A stretch of 64,000 bases of DNA from Azolla caroliniana (Eukaryota; Plantae; Polypodiophyta): contig JBHGNT010000005.1 in assembly GCA_043228905.1 (NCBI GenBank), forward strand, positions 4,340,001 through 4,404,000, written 5' to 3'. Positions within the stretch are counted from its first letter, which is position 1. Each line of letters begins with the position of its first letter. Shown here piece after piece: positions 13,101-25,146 of this stretch. The notes below the pieces were generated by a model. The model searched no databases. It worked only from the letters and a program-made list of their open reading frames with translations, and was not told the DNA's origin. The translations under genes were made by a program, and so were the position numbers.

Positions 13101-13776
13101 ACTGCATTTAGATTCACCAAGCCAGTAATAACTCATAAAATGACATTGGACATCAAATTACATGAAGAAATGTGAAATATTTAATTCAACATGTTCTATG
13201 GTATAATCACAAGGTTCTAATGCAGATCATAGGGGGAAATCAGTATATCGCTTATTTACTAAGATTTTTGTGTATCCTTCCGAGCATATTGATTGCAGTT
13301 CTGAAAGCTCAGGATCGGAAAAATAACTGCATGAAGACGAAAATAAATTTAGAACATAACACAAAATTTGGCTTAAGAGAACTACACAAATAATAGTTGA
13401 AATCAAACTAGTAAACCAATTTGATACATGAAGATTTATTTCTTTGTTCTGCCCTTTAAATTTTATACATGAAATAGTTACCTTGAGGTTTGTCTGGGGA
13501 TAATTTTGTCAAGCACAAACTCATTGTTTTCTTCTCCCTCGGCGATCAACATGAAGGTTTGTGTAGTAATGTAAACATGCCATATACAGAGGCAGATTCT
13601 TTCTCTTCATATTGTCTGACGTGTAGATGTCTTTCACATGAAAGCAATCTTATATGTCTGTCGTGTAGATTGTTAGAGGCATCACAGTAATTTTAACTTA
13701 GAAAAGAAGATTGTGGAAAATGGCTCCTCTCCTTTTGGGAATGGTCTCATCAAGATCTTCGGAATTAAAAAAAACT

Positions 13777-15984
13777 TCATGCAGGTTTTAGCGCTGAATA
13801 TTGAATTTCAGCCTCAATTGAAACTGCTTCATCATAACATTGTTTACCTAACATGGGATTTCCATAAGTTTTACAAGAAGCAAGCAAAGACCTCCAACCA
13901 ACAATACCAGCTACAACAGGCATCGTCTCGAGAAGCTTTTCAGCCTCGTTAAGCAATCCTAAACGTGCAAGAAGGTCAGTTATACTGTTAATATGCTCAA
14001 TACCCAGTACTATGTCCTCCTCATCTCTCATGGACTTAAGAAAAGAATGAGCTTCCAGTAGTGCACCAGAATGGTTGCAGGCAGCTAGAATATTGGCGTA
14101 TGTGTCTGCATTTGGCTTCAGCCCTCGATTCCGCAAGCCATTGAAGCATTCAATGGCCGCTTTGCAATGTCCATGCTGAGTATATGCTGAAATCAATGCA
14201 TTGTATGACATTACATCTCGATGTGGCATTGCCTCTAGAATCTTTTGTGCATCCCTGAGGTATCCACACTTAGCATACATATCAACTAGTATTGTCTCAA
14301 TGACAACATCTAGTTTGATTCCACTTCTTAGCATTTGTTCATGCACAATTTCACCATGCTGAATCGATCCTATTCGACTGCATATATTTAACAAAGTTGA
14401 GAACGTAAACACATCTGGTTTTACATCATCTTGCTGCATCTTCTTGAAAATATTGAGAGCAAAAGCATCATTATCATGACATGCGCAACCTGCTATCAGA
14501 GCGTTCCAAGTTACCACGTTTCGGTTAGGCAGTCTATCAATGGTGTTCATGGCCTCGTCTAGGCTACCACATCGAACATACATGTCCACAAGAGCATTCC
14601 CGAGAGTTGTTTTCAACTCCAACATATTTTTGATGATTTGATCATGCATAGACCTACCATAACCAATGTCTTTGGTATCACCACTTGCCTTTACAACACC
14701 TAACATTATGACTTCATCCGCTTTGATACCTTCTATTTGCATTTCCTTAAAAAGGTGAAGTACGACATCTCCACGATCAAGTTCCAGATACGCTGAGATT
14801 ATAATCCCCCATAAAACAACGTCTCGGTGTGGCATTAGTATAAGCAAGTTATGGGCCTCTTGTAGGCTCCCACATTTGGCATACATATCAATCAAAGCAC
14901 TCCCAATGATAAGATTCATGTCAAGTCCATTCTCAACTATTTGTGAATGGAAGAGCCTCCCTACACCTGTAACACCTACTTGACCACATGCTTTCACTAT
15001 GTGCAAAAACAAGACATCGTTCCCTTCAATGTCCTCGAGTAACATGTCCCTGAATAGTTGCATCGCAATAGCTACTTCTCGAAGCTCAATATATCCTCGA
15101 ATAATTGCAGCATATGAGACTACACGTCGATCAGAGAGTTTATCAAACACATTTTGAGCCTCCTCTATACTCCCACATTTGACATACATCTCTACCAATG
15201 TATTCCCAAGCACAGGGCCAGAAGAGAGAGAATTCTCAATAATCTTGGCATGTACGATTCGGCCCCACGTAACTTCTCTGGTACCACTACATGCATTCAA
15301 TGTGCATAGTATCGTAGCTTGGTCAGGCTGAATACCTTGTTCTTCCATTGACTTAAAGAGGTCTAGTACAGCTAAACCATTTTCATTGTAATGCACATAT
15401 CCAGCCATCATAGCACCCCATGACACTATATTTTTATTCGGCATAGAATCGAACACTGAACGAGCATCCACAATATGTCCACATTTCACATACATATCAA
15501 CCAATGAGCTTCCAAGAACTACGTTACTCTCCAAACCAATCAAAACAATGTCATTATGCAAGCATCTTCCGTATGATATATCCTTTACTTTACTACATGC
15601 CTTGAGTATTGATGAGAAAATGAACTCATCTGGACATATACCTTCGTGTTGCATATCTTCATACAATTGGATGGACATTCCATGTTCATTCTGAACGGTA
15701 TGTCCTGAGATAATGGCTTGCCAGGTGTGTATGCTCGGTTGTGATAGTGAACAAAACACTATATTTGCTTCAAGCAAGGTACCGCATGCTATGAAAAGCC
15801 TTATGAGATGGTCTCCCAACACAACAAGTTTATCCAAATCATTCATAACCAAGAGGGAGTGAAGGTTCCTTCCACTGGCAATGTCGCACTCTTTGTAATA
15901 GCCTTGCAAAAGAGAGTAAACAACATCTCTGGAAACAGGGTAGTTTGACAAAAACCCTCTTTGCAATAGCATCTCCTCCCACAT
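13777..15984 (-). CDS. PLS-class pentatricopeptide repeat (PPR) protein ending in a partial E domain, no DYW domain
   Basis: Intronless 735-aa ORF with repeated P-L-S triplets (LGSSLVDMYVKCG...ARSVFDSMPNKNIVSWGAMMAGY). It ends IEHINSITDLLARLGLLNEAEKLLETMPV...WRSLLASCKTYGN followed by a stop. Confidence 0.92.
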   Translation of the reverse strand: MWEEMLLQRGFLSNYPVSRDVVYSLLQGYYKECDIASGRNLHSLLVMNDLDKLVVLGDHLIRLFIACGTLLEANIVFCSLSQPSIHTWQAIISGHTVQNEHGMSIQLYEDMQHEGICPDEFIFSSILKACSKVKDISYGRCLHNDIVLIGLESNVVLGSSLVDMYVKCGHIVDARSVFDSMPNKNIVSWGAMMAGYVHYNENGLAVLDLFKSMEEQGIQPDQATILCTLNACSGTREVTWGRIVHAKIIENSLSSGPVLGNTLVEMYVKCGSIEEAQNVFDKLSDRRVVSYAAIIRGYIELREVAIAMQLFRDMLLEDIEGNDVLFLHIVKACGQVGVTGVGRLFHSQIVENGLDMNLIIGSALIDMYAKCGSLQEAHNLLILMPHRDVVLWGIIISAYLELDRGDVVLHLFKEMQIEGIKADEVIMLGVVKASGDTKDIGYGRSMHDQIIKNMLELKTTLGNALVDMYVRCGSLDEAMNTIDRLPNRNVVTWNALIAGCACHDNDAFALNIFKKMQQDDVKPDVFTFSTLLNICSRIGSIQHGEIVHEQMLRSGIKLDVVIETILVDMYAKCGYLRDAQKILEAMPHRDVMSYNALISAYTQHGHCKAAIECFNGLRNRGLKPNADTYANILAACNHSGALLEAHSFLKSMRDEEDIVLGIEHINSITDLLARLGLLNEAEKLLETMPVVAGIVGWRSLLASCKTYGNPMLGKQCYDEAVSIEAEIQYSALKPA

Positions 15985-17019
15985 TTCTTGCTCTGTTCTT
16001 CATTAGAATTGTCAGAAAAAAGAAGGGGCTCCTCCAAACAAACATGACAACATGGTATTCTGCAATGCAACCAAAAGGTGAGCATATTTCCTAGTGTCTC
16101 TCCCCATTTGGATCTTCCCCATGGGTAAGGGCCTATGCCCCCACCTTAGGCTTGGGAGCTTTCGCCCCGACCCTGCGACTGGCTCGGGTTATGGGTCTAC
16201 ATCCGTCTCTAGTGTCTTATGGCTGAGGGCTTCGTGGTTTTACACCTAAAAAACTGAGAGAACCCAAGCTTGATCCTCGCCATGGGCCCGACCCCACCAC
16301 TTCGGCCATGTCTATCTCTTGTCGACTTTGATAATGTATATATATATATCTATATATACGGTACAATTAAGATGATGAAGTTTGATCCTCACCATTCGTC
16401 CATTTATCTCTCATTCATGCTCATGATCTATCTATCTATCGTGTTTGCTCTTGCGTTGATGCTTGTGATGGATCTATCTATTTATGATAGTAAGTTTGAT
16501 CATTTTTCTATTTGATCATTTTTCTATGGATGTTGATCTAGAGCAATGCACCTCTATCATGAAGAGATCATGAGACCTGGAAACACCACAACCACTACAT
16601 CCCATCCAATATCGATTTGGTGAGTATTTGCATAGACCCTGAGGTAGAGTCATTACGATGGCTCTCAGCATCACGTCCACCCATGTCAAACATCAAGTGA
16701 GGTAAACACCCTTTAGTAATATGAACATTTGGGGATCTGCTCGTGTATATTCACTTAGAGTTCGAGTCAAAACCAAATATCAACATTACATTCTTTATTT
16801 CTAACTTTGCCTCAAATCAACTTGTACAAGGCATTATTTTATCCACCCATGTAGCAATCAATATCCATTATGCCATAATGCCTAAGTTATAAGCATCATT
16901 GACTTTGGAACTTTCTATGTGATGAACTCATAGTTTAACTTTATATTAGTGTACTTGTATTAGATATGAAATCCCAGCACATCATTTCTAATATATGCTA
17001 AGTCTTTTTAATTGTACCC

Positions 17020-17355
17020 ACATCTTATTCATCTTCAACCTTGCTCCCCTTGCTTGTAGTGGAGCCAATTTCTACTACGACTTTGAAATTATATTTTTTG
17101 TACGCTTTATGATTCTATCACTAGGAAACCCCATCTCAAGTTAAGTTGTCCTTTTGAGCTTTGCATATGACGAACTTATTCTGACCTTTAGCATGCCTAT
17201 GTTAGAAATTATTCGTGTGCGCCAATCTTCTAACTCTACCCGTATCATATTCATCTTCAACATTGTCCCCCTTGCTTGCGTTAGAACCTAATTCCACCAT
17301 GACTTTGAATTTATATATTTCGCGGGCATTTGGAGTCTAGCATTAAGAAAACCCA
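17020..17355. repeat. Imperfect ~115-bp direct repeat (about 17020-17135 and 17243-17355)
   Basis: ATTCATCTTCAAC..TTG.TCCCCTTGCTTG...GACTTTGAA.TTATAT...AAACCC occurs twice; probably part of a TE relic. Confidence 0.6.
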
Positions 17356-18340
17356 TGCATTAATGATTAGATATGCTCTCTCGTGTTTTTATTCCAAAAA
17401 AAATGCACATATACTATAGCTTTCTATCGCCAATGATGAAGCCCAACAAAATAAAAATGTTCACATTGTGCAGCCCCAAGACTCGTACTAGGCAACATTG
17501 AAGGGCATCGCCTTAGATATAGGTAGCTTCTTACATTAAGTTAGGCCGCAAGGCATTGTAAGTAGGCTCATCTTCTTTTACTTGATCGGAGGAAGACTCC
17601 CCGATGTGTGTATAAGTCTCCTTGTAGACTCTCTATGTAATAATCCTTCCTAACTAATGTGAAAGTAGCTTCATTTTGGAAAAAAAAAATTGTTCACATT
17701 GTGCATTATATTGAGATATTTGCATTTTCAATTGACATTAGATAGAATAAAAGGTGTAATGTGATATATATGTACAAGTTTACAACTCATAAATCCAAGC
17801 ACTTTTTAACAAACAAGAAATATTGATCAAGTTTGTGTATTGTTACTTCCTTATTGCAACCATCCACCAATGGGACATTAAAGTTTCAAAAGTTTTTCAA
17901 ATGTGTAGTAACGATCACCATAGACACGAGATATTTCGTGGCAAAACACAATGTAGAATTATAGACTTTATTCATCTCATAACATGTTAGATGCCTTCTC
18001 AATTAAATTGCTTATGAACTTACAAGCTTGGATCAAAGAATTTATATGGAGTTGTCATCGAGCTTGTCCTTTGCAACATTAATGTTGAAGGTTTAAATCT
18101 CAAGCATGTGTTGTCATGACTCTTCATAAACTTATTGAGATTAGGGATATTGCAATATACCCAAGCCATGATCTCCAAAAAAGTTGTTTTCCATATCAAC
18201 CTAAGGGTTTAAATCCATTGCTTTGTCTTTGTAAAGTTGCGTTTGAAATGGTATTAATAAATGGATAGTTAATCTAAATGTCCATGAATGTGCACTTGCC
18301 AATGGAATTTATTGTAAGGTTGGAGAGAGAGAGCCTAGAT

Positions 18341-18399
18341 GAATGTAGCTCAGTTGACCAATGGAGACCTAGTGTTCGGGGGTTCAACCCCTACATTCC
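18341..18399 (+). pseudogene. tRNA-derived fragment (SINE head or truncated tRNA pseudogene)
   Basis: A-box-like TAGCTCAGTTG and B-box-like GGTTCAACCC, bracketed by complementary GAATGTA...TACATTC. Too short to hold an anticodon arm. Confidence 0.5.
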
Positions 18400-20379
18400 T
18401 CAGTGGCATCTGGTGAAATAAGAGATATCTATGGACTAATAGAGAGGTGAGAAATTTTGGTTTCAAACCCAATATGTAGTGCTAGTAGGGTAACAACTTA
18501 CCATAGGGTAAGCTAATTACAAATTACAATAAGACAAATAGAGAAAGAGATCTATAAGATGGGCCACGAGAGGGAGAGGGAGACCGATTGTGATCTATAA
18601 GACAGGACATAGCCCAAGGTGAGGATTGAACTCGAGTTCTCTCAATCAACGCACAAAAGTCACAACTAATAGCTTAAGACAAAATAAGTCAATTATTATT
18701 TGGGAGACATATGTTCACATGAGAACATGCAATATAGTAGTTTTTCCTGAATACATGGCTTTACAACCTAAAGTGCTAGAAATAATATGCATTATCTTCA
18801 TTACTCATACTAGTTGAGAAGTTGTATCATATATATTATATGCAATATATATGACAATCCAAGATACATTATTGCACTATTAGGCAATGGTATTGAAAAA
18901 ATATATTTTGCATGGAATATCTACCAAATAGATATTCATGATGAGCATTAATATTGATATTATGTCAATATGATAAACACGTGTCAATAATAATATCAGG
19001 ATGCCTATCATTGTTCTAACATGGCACTTACTATCAACGAGGAAAATTGATGAGTTATTGCATTTGGAACTAAACACTGATTTGTCGGAAAATAGCTTGA
19101 CACATAGATTTGTTGTCTATTTCCTAATATCAATGATTGTTGTTTCTTAATACTAATCGAGGGCCAAGAAATGTTTGCCATATAAAAACAATTGTAAGGA
19201 ATCACAACAGGTGGCAAACTTTTGAGCAATTGTTAACCATTCCCACCTACCATTAGCTTTTGTTGCTAACATTTTATTCACCAACACTAACTTTTTATTA
19301 AACAAGTATAACCCGATACCAACAAAATCTCTCCACACCCAAAGCCTAAAATTTCAATGCACTTCAAGCGAAAACATGAGAAAACACTCCTAATCATTTC
19401 AAATGCAAAGAATATAACCTCACACAACGTTGTTAATATCCAAACTCTTTTTCTAATGAGATGAGGAGAAGTCGACACATCACAACATTAAAAACGCAAG
19501 AAGATATCAACTAATTTAGTAGCGAGAAACTGAAAGGTATGCAATTTAAAATCACCCACTCTACCCCATGTGCATCAGTGTCGAGAGTGGATGTTGAAAA
19601 AGGAATTACCCGATAAAAAAAAGCATAAAATAGTTCATGACACATGATTAATCACATTACTATATTTTGTTACAACTTTCCTCGAGATACACCTCTATTG
19701 ATGTGCAAAAACACCACCACTCTATGAATGTTGATGTTTCATAAAAAATTATGAGACCATGGGAAGAACAAGTTGGATTATTATTATTGATTTTACAAGT
19801 CTCTTGCAATATAAACTCACCTAGCATCATAAATTACATTATTGTACCAAAAATGAGTAGTCTACAATTATTTTCAGAGACAATTGCTGGTCCAAAGTGG
19901 AATTATGCCATACCTTGATTTATGTTGGATAGTGGATAGTAAGTATTGTTCTACTTGTTCATATATGACATCATCTCTATCATAAGATGTACTAGCTTTT
20001 GTATCTTACAAAAAGAAGTGAGATGAAATGTCTCCTTCTGTTTTTCTTATGTAGACTTTTCAAGTAATATATTAAGGTGTATCTTCCTAAAAAAAAGAAA
20101 GAAAGAAATGAGTAGTCTAAAATGTGTTATGCGCTCCTCCTATTTTGATACATAACGAAAGGGAGAAATCCACCATACTCTTAGTTGTTTCATTTGGGAG
20201 TGGAATAGATTTCGGTCGAGCTTTGAAGCTCCTTGGTAGCCAACTCAACACATCCAAACAAGTAACATCCCATGTCAATGAGATGTGAAAATATGTATGA
20301 AATTTTGTATTAGAATGATGTGATCTCAAAACTACAAAGGGTTTTCTATGTAAGCAAGGTGTGTGCAAAGCCATGAAAG

Positions 20380-21360
20380 GGATTTTGCCTTCTCACGAAA
20401 GGAGATAGGGACTTGTGTTGACCCTAAAATTATGGAGCCAGTGATGATATTCATGAGATTGTACATGCATGGAACATAAAGTTAATCCTTGTATTGAGAA
20501 GATTAACATGGGAGTTCTTGAGTTGTCAAGAACACCTAACTCTAACCAGTGGTGGTTCATGGTGTCGAAAAAAATATGGGACTTTGTGCATCATTCAAGA
20601 CTCCTAGCATATCAACAAAGTGGCAATTCACAATATTGGGATTGGGATGAGCATTTATGAGTTTGCCAATGCATTTGCAATTTACTAGATTGAAGAACTA
20701 TACTCAGAAGTACAACCAAATCCACTTGGTTGTGGAATGTAGGGATATTGCGAAAATGCCAGCTTTGATTGGTCTAGTGTGAATATGTACTTTATTGCAA
20801 GTTGACATTAATTTTGTTGCCCACATACTAAACACAATGAACAAGGTGCTAAGAGGTTGCATCCTAAACATCATCATGTCTTTCCTCGATGATATTTCGA
20901 TAAAGGGGTGTTTGAGAGAAAATGAAAGCAAGACCTTGGGCAAGGATGAGTGCAAACATTTCATGGCCAACCACATTGCTGAATGTGACAATACTTTGCA
21001 GAAATTAGAAGATGCATGTTTTACATTCTTAGTAGAGAAGTCAACATCCGGGAAATCAAAGATTTTGGTGGTAGGGTACTTCTACGAGCCACATGGGCAA
21101 TAACATTCTTTGGTGAAATTAGATGTCATCAAAGAGGTGAAGGAGGAGGCCAAATAAAAGATGGACGTCAGACCATTCTTGGGTCCATGTGCATTCTATC
21201 ACATTTGTATCCATTATTATGCTCACATAGTTGAGCCCTCGTATACGTTGCTCAATAGGGCAAAAGTTCAACTGGGAAGAAGAGCACATAGAGACAACGA
21301 GAAGGTTGAAGGGGATGTTGCTAATGATACCAACATCGAGGAAAGTCATGTACAAAGATA
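20380..21360 (+). mobile_element. Degenerate Ty3/gypsy reverse transcriptase fragment
   Basis: Frameshifted pieces PNSNQWWFMVSKK, NFVAHILNTMNKVLRGCI...SFLDDISIKG (YxDD-like FLDD) and VRPFLGPCAFYHICIHYYAHIVEPSYTLL match gypsy RT and thumb/connection motifs. Confidence 0.75.
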
Positions 21361-21559
21361 CAAATTTGATTGGGATTGGGTGGGTTTTTATTTTGAAAGA
21401 AAAATACACCTTAGTATATTACATGAGAAATGTACATATAGAAAACTGAAGGAGACATTTCATCTCACTTCTATTGTAATACAAAGGCTAATACCAACAT
21501 CTGATCAAATAGATGATATCATATAAGAAACAAGTGGGGCACAAGCTACAAGCTATGCA

Positions 21560-22715
21560 ATAAAAAAGAAAGTATGACATAATTCCACCTCATACCACAA
21601 GTTGTATCTGAAAATAAGTGAAGCTCTCGCCACCATTTCTTAAAGTCCACTTGACGTTGCCTTAGAGCATCAGTTGAACCCTCTAGATCATCATTTTGCC
21701 CACGTAGGGTATGGACAAATAATAGTCATAATTCAATAACCATGGTGAGGAGATGTATGTGAGCATTATTGAAAACAACATCACATCTCACTTTCCATAT
21801 TGTCCAAAGAGCTAATGACATAATAGTATGCCAAATAACCAAAATTTCAATTCTAAACCGTGGAATAAAAGATGGAAAAAGTGAGATAGAGGTACCCATG
21901 GGAAAAGTGAAAGACATGAGAAGCATGGCTACTTTCATACTTCATAACATCTCCATGAAGGACATCCTATAATAATGGTGTCTCAGTAATAAAAACAACT
22001 TACTCCAAAATTGCTTGATCCTAGGACATAACCAAAACAAGTGCAAAATAGATTCCATAGATGCATCACAATACATTCCGCAAGCATATTGCTGATTTTG
22101 CCTCAACCAATCACCAACAATTTGTAAAGCGGTTTTTTTTTAAAAACCCACAATGAATAGCACCCTAAGCATTCTTGAAAGGGTGGATCCAAGAACCATT
22201 TTTTTCCAAATCTTGCAAGTACTCAAATAGCAAAAACATTGGCGGACATCCACACATCTGATGCAGAAAATACAGGCCACAACCTACCATCATCATCCAC
22301 ATTAAAGTATATAACATCACTCGTAATGTTAATTACTTTAGCTCCTAAAATAACTTTTAAAGGAGAGAAATAACCAAACCAAATATGATTGCTAGAGGGG
22401 GACCATGAAGCCATAAATGGTCCCAATGCCACTTGCATATCATTGCACATAATAACTCTTGCTCGAACGGAAAGCATCGACAAAGATTGTAACGGTCGAT
22501 TCATAACATAACATCCCCATGATAGAACATTACATGCTACTAATGCATCCAAAGAAGCCCAATTCAACTGAGAATGGCTCCCAAGTAGAAAACCCCTTCT
22601 ATCAGAAAAGAGAAAATTCTAGGTTAAAGGTTGTCTCAACAAGTCATCTGTTGTCGAAGGCACCTTCTGAACTAAAAACTTTTTAACAATTGACCAACTT
22701 GTGAGAATTACAAGG
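21560..22715 (-). mobile_element. Degenerate LINE ORF2 C-terminal fragment (zf-RVT)
   Basis: Minus-strand motifs ESILHLFWLCPRIKQFW and WHTIMSLALWTIWKVRCDVVFNN. Abuts the left end of the copia element. Confidence 0.7.
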
Positions 22716-22744
22716 ATTGGGTGGGCCATGATGAACGAGAAGCA

Positions 22745-23149
22745 TGTAAAGAATCAAGAGATGGATTCTTGGGAAGCGGAAGAGATATGAGTTATGTGTG
22801 TGTATGAGAGAGAGAGAGAGAGAGAGAGTGCGAGTGAGAGAGACAAGGAATAAGACACAAAGAATACGCAAGGTAAAAGTATATTAACAATGGAGAAAGA
22901 CTCGACACAATACAAGGTGGGAGGAGGGTGCTTTATATAGTCACCCTCTCTCTTCATTAACTACAAGACTCATGGAGCATGGGGAATGTGAAGGCTCATA
23001 AGTTATGTGTCATAGAATATGATTCTATGACTCATACTAAATGCTAGAATACAAAGTGGTGACATAGTGGTGACTCTTGACCGTTGGAGTGTCTATTCAC
23101 TCTCAAGGTGAGTTCACACACTAGACCAAGTTGAGCTTGATTCTTAACA
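22745..23149 (-). repeat. Copia 3' LTR (405 bp)
   Basis: On the minus strand TGTTAAGAAT...ATTCTTTACA, immediately preceded by the polypurine tract CTTGAGGGGGCG. Confidence 0.92.
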
Positions 23150-23331
23150 CGCCCCCTCAAGCTCAAGTCGGGTCGGTTTCAGACGGTATCCAAAATACGC
23201 TTGAACTCGCGTTCCGGAGTCCGCGTCGACTTGCATTTATGCGAAGTTGCGGAATCCGTGCTCTAGCTTGCATTGTGCATAGTTACGAAGTTTGCGCTTC
23301 GGCTTGCGTCTTTCTTCACGGCTTTGCCCGG

Positions 23332-23635
23332 TAGATCGGCTCTTCACGGCTTCATTGCGCGGTTGCGTAATCAACGCGTTAGTGCGTAATGTCTTTAGTA
23401 CTACCCCTCAAGATAGGGAGGTCAAGGATCGTCAATCCGAGATCGGTCATGAATTGCCACAGCTTGTCGGCTCCTAAGGCTTTAGATCGGCTCTTCGCGG
23501 CTTCATTGCGCGGTTGCGTAATCAACGCGTTATTGCGTAATGTCTTTAGTACTCCCCCTCAAGATAGGGAGGTCAAGGATCGTCAATCCGAGATCGGTCA
23601 TGAATTGCCACAGCTTGTCGGCACCTAAGGCTTTA
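23332..23635. repeat. 151-bp tandem duplication spanning the end of RNase H and a PPT-like tract
   Basis: TAGATCGGCTCTTC...CCCCTCAAGATAGGGAGGTCAAGG...CCTAAGGCTTTA occurs twice head-to-tail. Confidence 0.85.
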
Positions 23636-24984
23636 GTGAAGATGTCGGTCGTTTGAAGATTTGTGCTAATGTGTTGTAGGTCAACATCGCCAGCTAGAAC
23701 GCGCTCTCGGATGAAGTGATAGTGCACTTCAATGTGCTTTGTCCGCGCGTGGAACACCGGGTTCCGAGCTAGATAGATACTGCTCATGTTGTCGCAGTAA
23801 AGGGAGGTCGAATCCTTGATGGGTACGCCCAGATCCTTCAAAATCCTCTTGAGCCATATGGCTTTACACGCAGCTACGGTTGTGCCCCTGTAGTCCGCCT
23901 CCGTACTCGAAAGAGCGACGGTAGGCTGCTTCTTGCTACTACAGGATATTGCTCCGCTGCCGAGGGAGAAAACAAATCCAGAGGTTGATCTTCTATTGGC
24001 TTTGTAGCTGGCCCAATCGACGTCTGTGTAACCCTCGAGTCGTATTGGCATCGCGGTCTTGTAGAGGATGCCACAATCCATTGTGCCGCTCACGTATCGT
24101 AGAACTCGCTTAGCACAATCCAAGTGAGTATCACATGGTCTTTGCATGAATTGGCTAAGGAGGCTGGCCGGATAACTGAGATCGGATCGAGTGATTGTGA
24201 GGTAGATGAGACTCCCGATGAGTTGCCGATATTGAGTCGGCTCACACGTTTTGGTGCCGGAGTTCGCATCCAGTTTGAGATTGCGATCGAGCGGGGTTGC
24301 CGCGGATTTGCACTCAACCATCCCGAACTTGTATAGCAAGTTGAGGATGTAGTGTCGTTGAAAGATCATGATTCCGACCGGAGTCCGAATTACCTCGATG
24401 CCGAGGAAGTAGTGGAGCTCCTTCATGTCCGTCATCTCGAACTGGTCGGAAAGGAGGGATTTGACCTTATTGATTTCGACGAGATGCTCACCTCCAATGA
24501 CTAGGTCATCCACATATAAGATGATGACGATCGGACTTGCAGAATCGCTTCATATGTACAGGGAGTTGTCCAATTTTGACATACGGAAGCCGATTTGATG
24601 AAGATATTGCGTTATCTTCAAATGCAAAGCACGCAGTGCTTGCTTGAGGCCATAGAGTGGCTTCTTGAGTCGGCACATAACTTCCGGATGAATGCGTGAT
24701 TCGAAGCCGGGTTGTTGTATCATGTACACCTCCTCTTCTAATTCGCCTTGTAGAAATGCATTCTTGACGTCCATTTGATGGAGGTGCCACCCTTTCGCCG
24801 CGACAAGCGCAATTATGGTACGTACCGTCGTCATCTTTGCCACCGGGGCAAAGGTCTCCTCGTAGTCAACTCCGTGCGTTTGGGCGTAGCCTTTCGCTAC
24901 GAGTCGTGCTTTGTAGCGGTTGACGGAACCATCGGCATTGTACTTCACTTTGTAAATCCATCTGCATTAGATCGCCTTTTTGCA
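23530..24984 (-). pseudogene. Copia reverse transcriptase-RNase H (disrupted by stops)
   Basis: KYNADGSVNRYKARLVAKGYAQTHGVDYEETFAPVAK, HQMDVKNAFLQG, KPLYGLKQA, YVDDLVI, GYTDVDWA, SKKQPTVALSSTEADY, HARTKHIEVHYHFIRE. Confidence 0.92.
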
Positions 24985-24996
24985 TGGTATCAAAGC
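24985..24996 (+). promoter_or_regulatory. Primer-binding site complementary to tRNA-iMet (inverted relative to the LTRs)
   Basis: TGGTATCAAAGC, one mismatch from the canonical TGGTATCAGAGC, upstream of gag. Confidence 0.85.
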
Positions 24997-25146
24997 GATT
25001 TGGTAGTTCGATCTAGCCCATTCGCCTCATCGTGATCGTGTGTTGTGCTCCACGTCGACGACCAAGAACCGTCTCATCGCTATCGTAGCTTCGCTACATA
25101 GCTCGCATTCGAAGAGAGAAGAAGAAGAAGAAGAAGAATCGACATA

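Noticed and set aside
18341-18399. Functional tRNA gene
   Set aside because: Only ~59 nt, with no anticodon arm and an imperfect T-stem; kept only as a tRNA-derived relic.
17650-20050. Possible hAT transposase relic
   Set aside because: Only faint, frameshifted resemblance; cannot be supported without a search.
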